Source of the DNA: Octopus bimaculoides
Lineage: Eukaryota
Direction of reading: 5' to 3'
NCBI RefSeq assembly: GCF_001194135.2
Contig: NC_068986.1
Span: forward strand, 20,621,287-20,663,048
DNA length: 41,762 bases
Shown: in pieces, positions 34,785 to 41,762 of the stretch
How the letters are laid out: each line of letters opens with the position of its first letter
How positions within the stretch are numbered: the first letter of the stretch is position 1
Program-made: the position numbers and the translations under genes
Notes under the pieces: generated by a model
The model's database searches: none
What the model saw: the letters and a program-made list of their open reading frames with translations, nothing else
Told to the model about the DNA's origin: nothing

Positions 34785-35729
34785 NNNNNNNNNNNNNNNN
34801 NNNNNNNNNNNNNNNNNNNNNNNNNNNNNNNNNNNNNNNNNNNNNNNNNNNNNNNNNNNNNNNNNNNNNNNNNNNNNNNNNNNNNNNNNNNNNNNNNNNN
34901 NNNNNNNNNNNNNNNNNNNNNNNNNNNNNNNNNNNNNNNNNNNNNNNNNNNNNNNNNNNNNNNNNNNNNNNNNNNNNNNNNNNNNNNNNNNNNNNNNNNN
35001 NNNNNNNNNNNNNNNNNNNNNNNNNNNNNNNNNNNNNNNNNNNNNNNNNNNNNNNNNNNCGATATACATTAAGTGCCGACTACATAAACAAACGATTCTG
35101 AAACAATTCTATCGGTGATAGGGTTAGGGTTAGGGTAAAACAGCAAATTTAAAAAGAAAAAAGCAAAACGAAGCTATGGAAATTAAATACGCTTTACACC
35201 GCTTAATCAGCCAAAGGAGTAAATGTAAACAACTGAATACTTGTCAGTGATTGGTTGAAATTATCGAAATAAGACAATTTTTTACATGAAATAAATTCGA
35301 ATACAAAAATATTTTTCTGTTCTATAACACAAAATAGATAAGTATACGAAGTTTGAAAGTCTTTCGGTACCAAAAACACTACGTAAAACATTAATGAAAA
35401 ATGTGGCCCCCGTTTTAAAAAAGATCCCCTATGTGCATATCAATCTGTATGTATCTTTGTGTTTGTACCCCCAAACTCCGCTTGGTAACCGGTATTAGTT
35501 TGTTTACATTCCGTAACATAGCGGTTCGGCTATAAACACCGATAAAACCAGTGCCAAAACTAAACAAAAAAGAAAAAATAAGATGTATTGACCGTAGTCC
35601 AGTGACTGAAACAAGTAAAATATAATGAAAAAAAACAAAAAAACAAAATAACAAAAAAACATTTTCACTTCTTGATACGCTTTTAATCTGTAGACTTGCT
35701 CAATAAAGATTTAACCCGGAATTAAACTG

Positions 35730-35776
<47 letters not shown>

Positions 35777-36344
35777 ACAACAACAACAACAACAACTGCA
35801 GCACGAGCTTAGCAATACTTTATTATGCTTATTTATTTATCAGTGAATTATCCTGTTTGTTTATTATTGTTTATTATAAAATGAAAACAACAAACAAATT
35901 GTTTATGTTTGTTTCTTCCCATTTCCTTTACGTTAAAGAGTTAATGTAAGGGGAAGTAATGAGCCTCTCCTTTATCAGCCGCCATGATCAAACCACCACC
36001 ACCACCAGTAACAACAGCAACAACACCACCATCGCCACCTCGACCATGACCTAACCACCATCCCTGTGTTACCACCACGTCAATACCAATAAAAACACAA
36101 GAGGTCGTGAGGGGAGAGGCCATGTTAAAGTTGAGCCCAGGTCGCTAAGTTGACGTCACCAAGGAAACACGAACAAGAGATCCTTTTTTGTTTTAATAAT
36201 TAAAAAGAAATTGTGTTAATTAGGAATCATTAAGAAGCCTGTCCAGACGGTTATCAACGGCCGTTTGTGTAACAGACAGCTGTTGATATTGTTATCGGTG
36301 CAGACGGTTCTTTGGGTAACAAGCACTCGTCTGGGTCGACAATA

Positions 36345-37302
36345 ATAATAATAATAATAATAATAATGATTCTTTCTTTATTGGCCAATAGGGCCGAATA
36401 CAAAACATAGAGGACGATACACAGACGAGGGACAGTGAGGTTAAACGTGTAAACAGCCAACAAACAACGACTAACAAAGAGATTAAAGCAACAACATGCT
36501 TCCCCAATAAGGCGGCGAGGAGCTGGTAGAAGCGTTAGCACGCCGGGCGAAATGCTTAGCGGTGTTCCGTCTTCTTTACGTTCTGAGTTCAAATTCCGCC
36601 GAGGTTGACTTTCCCTTTCATTCTTCCAGTTAGATAAATTAAATACCAGTTAGTTGCGTACTGGGGTCGATCTAATCAACTGGTCCCCTCCCACCAAATT
36701 TCGGGCCTTGTTCCTAGAGTAGAAAAGAATATGCTTCCCCAATAGGGAGTAGTTCCACCGTAAGTTGACCAAAGAGATCTCACGCACTTTGGGCCCCTCA
36801 AGAAGGTACCCTCTCTCCTCCCTTTCATCCTGCCTACAGGCGCACACTTAGAGTAGACTCACTCACGCGGGTCATTATTGCCACATTCACCGACCTTTCA
36901 ACGAACTTACTGGGTGACAGTATCTCCCTCTCCTTTTGACCAAAGAGGAAAGTACCCGTCTTCAACCCTTTCAATCGCGTCCACCACGCAACCTCTTTTG
37001 CCATAGCCACCAGACAGAGTAGAATTGCTCTCCCTTCCCAGCCAAAAGAAGGAGGCGGGGCGATCTTAACAATAGACTCGGACGATAGCCAGGTCCGTCC
37101 TACACGTGACAATAACTGTTCGACAAAGCTCCACAAGTCAGCAATGCGTGGAGACTGTATGAGAGCACGAAGAGCGGTTTCATCGCTCCGCGTGCATCTC
37201 GGACAAGCGCGACTGGCTGCACACCTTTACCTCTAGAGGTTATCTCGAACCGGCAGCGCCCCCCGGTAGCACTGCCAGGCCAAGGATTTCTGGAGATTAT
37301 CC

Positions 37303-37305
<3 letters not shown>
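36345..37305 (-). mobile_element. Tx1/L1-clade LINE 3' end (CCHC/zf-RVT region, 3' UTR, (ATT)n tail), interrupted by a SINE
   Basis: MDNLQKSLAWQCYRGALPVRD...RACPRC..SDETALRAL...DLWSFVEQ; stops and frameshifts present. Confidence 0.8.
36510..36730 (+). mobile_element. Full-length SINE family A (tail B) with 14-bp TSD
   Basis: ATGCTTCCCCAATA at 36496-36509 and 36731-36744. Confidence 0.92.
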
Positions 37306-37338
<33 letters not shown>

Positions 37339-37339
37339 T

Positions 37340-37623
37340 AGAGATAACTCGAATGTGGAATCTAAAAACAGAAACAATTCCTATCATAGTAGGTGCCTTA
37401 GGTATAATAAAAAAATATTCAGACAAATACATAACAAAAATAGCAGGACTTACAAATATATATAACATACAGAAAATTGCACTACTGGGTACTGCACACA
37501 TCCTACGCAAAACACTTTCAATACAGTAAACATAAGAGCACCACAGCAAACCACAGCACATACCCAAGGCGCACAGAGCTGCGCTCGGTAGTGAAGTGAA
37601 AGCACGTTATAAAAATAAGACTA

Positions 37624-37660
<37 letters not shown>
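37340..37660 (+). mobile_element. R4/Dong-type (RLE) non-LTR retrotransposon 3' end inside (TAA)n
   Basis: EITRMWNLKTETIPIIVGALG...IQKIALLGTAHILRKTL* (stop 37527-37529); TAA repeats on both sides. Confidence 0.75.
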
Positions 37661-37661
<1 letters not shown>

Positions 37662-37662
<1 letters not shown>

Positions 37663-37877
37663 CCTTTCTACAATAGGCACAAGGACTGAAATTTTTTTTG
37701 GGGGGGATAATCGATTACATCGACCCCAAGGCATAACTGGTACTTAATTTATCGCCCCCGAAAGAATGAAAGACAAAGTCGATTTCGGCGGAATTCGAAC
37801 TCAGAACATAAAGACAGACGAAATACCGCTAAGTAGTTCGCCCGGCGTGCTAACGATTCTGCCAGCTCGCCGCCTTG

Positions 37878-37936
<59 letters not shown>

Positions 37937-38148
37937 CCTTTCTGTTATAGGCACAAAGCCCGAAATTTTGGGGAGGGGTCTAGTCGATTACATCGACCTC
38001 AGAATTTCACTGGTATTTAATTTATCGACCCCAGAAGGATGAAAGGCAAAGTTAACTTCAGCGGAATTTGAACTCAGAACGTAGCGACGGGCGAAATGCC
38101 GCTAAGCATTTTCCCCGCGTGCTAACGATTCTGCCAGCTCGCTGCCTC
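37662..38148 (-). mobile_element. Two tandem SINE family A copies (about 37662-37877 and 37935-38148)
   Basis: Full heads AAGGCGGCGAGCTGGCAG, tail B, (TTA)n tails. Confidence 0.88.
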
Positions 38149-39700
<1,552 letters not shown>

Positions 39701-39704
39701 TCCA

Positions 39705-40620
39705 CAAGTCAGTAATGCTCGGATTCTGAACGACTGCGCGCAGAATAGTTTCGTCGCTTTTGCGCACACCTTTGACAATCCCGTCTGACAGCACATATGT
39801 GCCTGTAGGCTTTATCTTGAACCGGTAGCGCGTCTCGGTAACACTACAGGCCAAAGACATCTGGAAATTATCACGGTAGTCCCTGACCAGAAAATCCTCA
39901 GGAATAGACTAGCCAGTTCGTTTTCGTTAAAGCACAGAGTCTTCCCGAGAACGTCATCACACTTCCCTGCAACTTAACCTCTATATATTGCTAAAGTGGA
40001 ACATCCATCTGTCCTGTTGCTTGACTGGTAGACGTTTGTGAGCGTCTGACGGCATTCTAGGTGCCAGATGCTTTCCTCCACCCAAGACAGCAACTCCGTC
40101 ATGGAGGCGAGCTGTGGAAAGACATGTCTCACAAACGGAGCCCACTTACGTTCACTGTCCAGAAATCGTTGCAGATGACGCAACCTGACCGTGTGTCTGT
40201 GCACCAGAAGCCACAGCATGCTTAAGTTGTTACACAGAAGGTACTGGCAGCAGAATAACTGCCTGACTACTGGAACGCGTGTCTGCTACAAGGAAAGAAA
40301 TAAGAGACGCTTCAGTCTGATCAATCAATAACCGGGACATTACACGATGGTCAGACGATAAATGATGACGGAGGTGATGTAGGCATTCGCCATCTCTACT
40401 CGACCTTTCAGGGACAGCTTCCTCTCTGCTCATTTCTAGGCAAGACTGGTCACCCTGTTCGCCCTTCGTCGCTGTTCTTATCTACTTGGAGGTCCGGACG
40501 GAACCAGACCCCGAGTAGTTTAACTGGTCCGTCAGCCCACCGTTTAACGACGCCACCCAACGGCATCGACCTGCTTCTCCAGGTGCCCAGCCGCTAACCC
40601 ACCGACGTGCCGGCGTTTAT
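39705..40620 (-). mobile_element. Tx1/L1-clade ORF2 internal fragment
   Basis: GPVKLLGVWF..DLQVDKN...RKLSLKGRVEMANAYITSVIIYRL...LRHLQRFLD...DNFQMSLA; a separate, diverged copy from 36345-37305. Confidence 0.82.
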
Positions 40621-40659
40621 TTCTGCTCTTACAACAACAACAACAACAACAATAATAAC

Positions 40660-40891
40660 AATCCTTTCTAGTGTAGGTACAAGGACTGAAATTTGGGGGA
40701 GGGGGATAGTCGATTTCATCGACCCCAGTGTATCACTGGTACTTAATTCATCGCCCCCGAAAGAATGAAAGGCAAAGTCGACCTCCGCGGAATTTGAACT
40801 CAGAACGTAGCGACAAACGAAATACTGCTAAGCATTTCACCCGGCGTGCTAGCGATTCTACCAGCACACCGCCTTAATATTAATAATAATG

Positions 40892-40945
<54 letters not shown>

Positions 40946-41120
40946 GATAAAAATCCTTTCTATTATAGGTACAAAGTCTGAAATGTTTGTGTGGAAGGGA
41001 TTAGCCGATTATATTGACCCAGTGCTCAACTGGTATTTATTTCATCGATCTCGAAAGGGTGAAAGGCAAAGTCGACCTCGGCGGAATTTGAACTCAGAAC
41101 GTAAAGACGGACGAAACATT
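40660..41120 (-). mobile_element. Two SINE family A copies separated by (AAT)n
   Basis: About 40660-40875 and 40952-41120. Confidence 0.85.
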
Positions 41121-41309
41121 TTGTCAGGTGTGCAAAACAAGATTTCGAGAAAGATACAAAAAAAAAAAAACAAAGAAAAAAACAAAACAAAACAAAAGCA
41201 AAAAAGGAAAAAAACAACAACAAAAAACAAAAAGTCAAAAACAAATAATAACAAACAGTAACAGAAAACAATAAAACAGACAAGGATAGCGTAAATAACA
41301 ATAATAAAA

Positions 41310-41485
41310 TCGTCATCGTCGTCGTCGTCGTCATCGTCATCATCATGAAGAAAAAACAGAAGTGCAACAGCAAAATCAGAAAGCAGCACCATTACGTTTA
41401 TCATCTCACCCTACCTTTCATCCTCATCCTCTTTCATCATCATAACTGTCGTCATCCGTTAACATAATAGCCATTGTTTTCCTCG

Positions 41486-41523
<38 letters not shown>

Positions 41524-41762
41524 TACACTCATTTACGCTATCGCCAACATTAACATTCTTAAAAACAACATTAACAACAACAACAGCATGGTATTTAGTT
41601 ACAGAACAACAGAAGAATATTGAGAAAAAACATCGTTGGGACCACCACCACCACCACCACCACGAAAAACCACCACGACAACCACCAAACACCACCGCCA
41701 CCACCACCATCACCACAACCGCCAAACACCACCGCCACCACCACCATCAACAACAACAACAG
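41310..41762. repeat. Compound (CAT)n/(CAA)n/(CAC)n low-complexity region
   Basis: Direct reading. Confidence 0.9.

Noticed and set aside
35119-35136. (TTAGGG)n interstitial telomeric repeat
   Set aside because: Only 2-3 units; not distinguishable from chance or a repeat relic.

Overview
This is AT-rich eukaryotic genomic DNA with about 20 N-gaps, most of them next to microsatellites. It is not prokaryotic, and almost all ORFs in the supplied track are microsatellite or N-gap artefacts. The repeat content points to an octopod cephalopod (inference). The window holds one multi-exon gene on the minus strand (about 329-31211), an ADAMTS-like secreted reprolysin (M12B) zinc metalloprotease. Its layout is signal peptide, pro-region with a D/E/G-rich tract, furin site RQRR, catalytic domain (HELGHSLGAFHD plus Met-turn YIMSP), ADAMTS-type disintegrin-like Cys-rich domain, PLAC-like 6-Cys module and a tail with 21 Arg. 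Nine coding exons have GT-AG boundaries and all directly joined exons are phase-consistent. At least two more exons are required by phase but were not found and probably lie in gaps. Introns and the upstream flank are full of tRNA-derived SINEs, remnants of Tx1/L1, RTE, R4/Dong, CR1 and Penelope-like retroelements, and hAT and mariner remnants. Most interesting observations: (1) a tRNA-headed SINE carrying a minimal Penelope-type hammerhead ribozyme; (2) SINE 3' tails that match the 3' ends of two different LINEs in the same window, plus tail swapping and a circularly permuted copy; (3) a protease with about 20 acidic pro-region residues facing a 21-Arg tail; (4) a tRNA-Phe remnant enclosed by inverted SINE ends.
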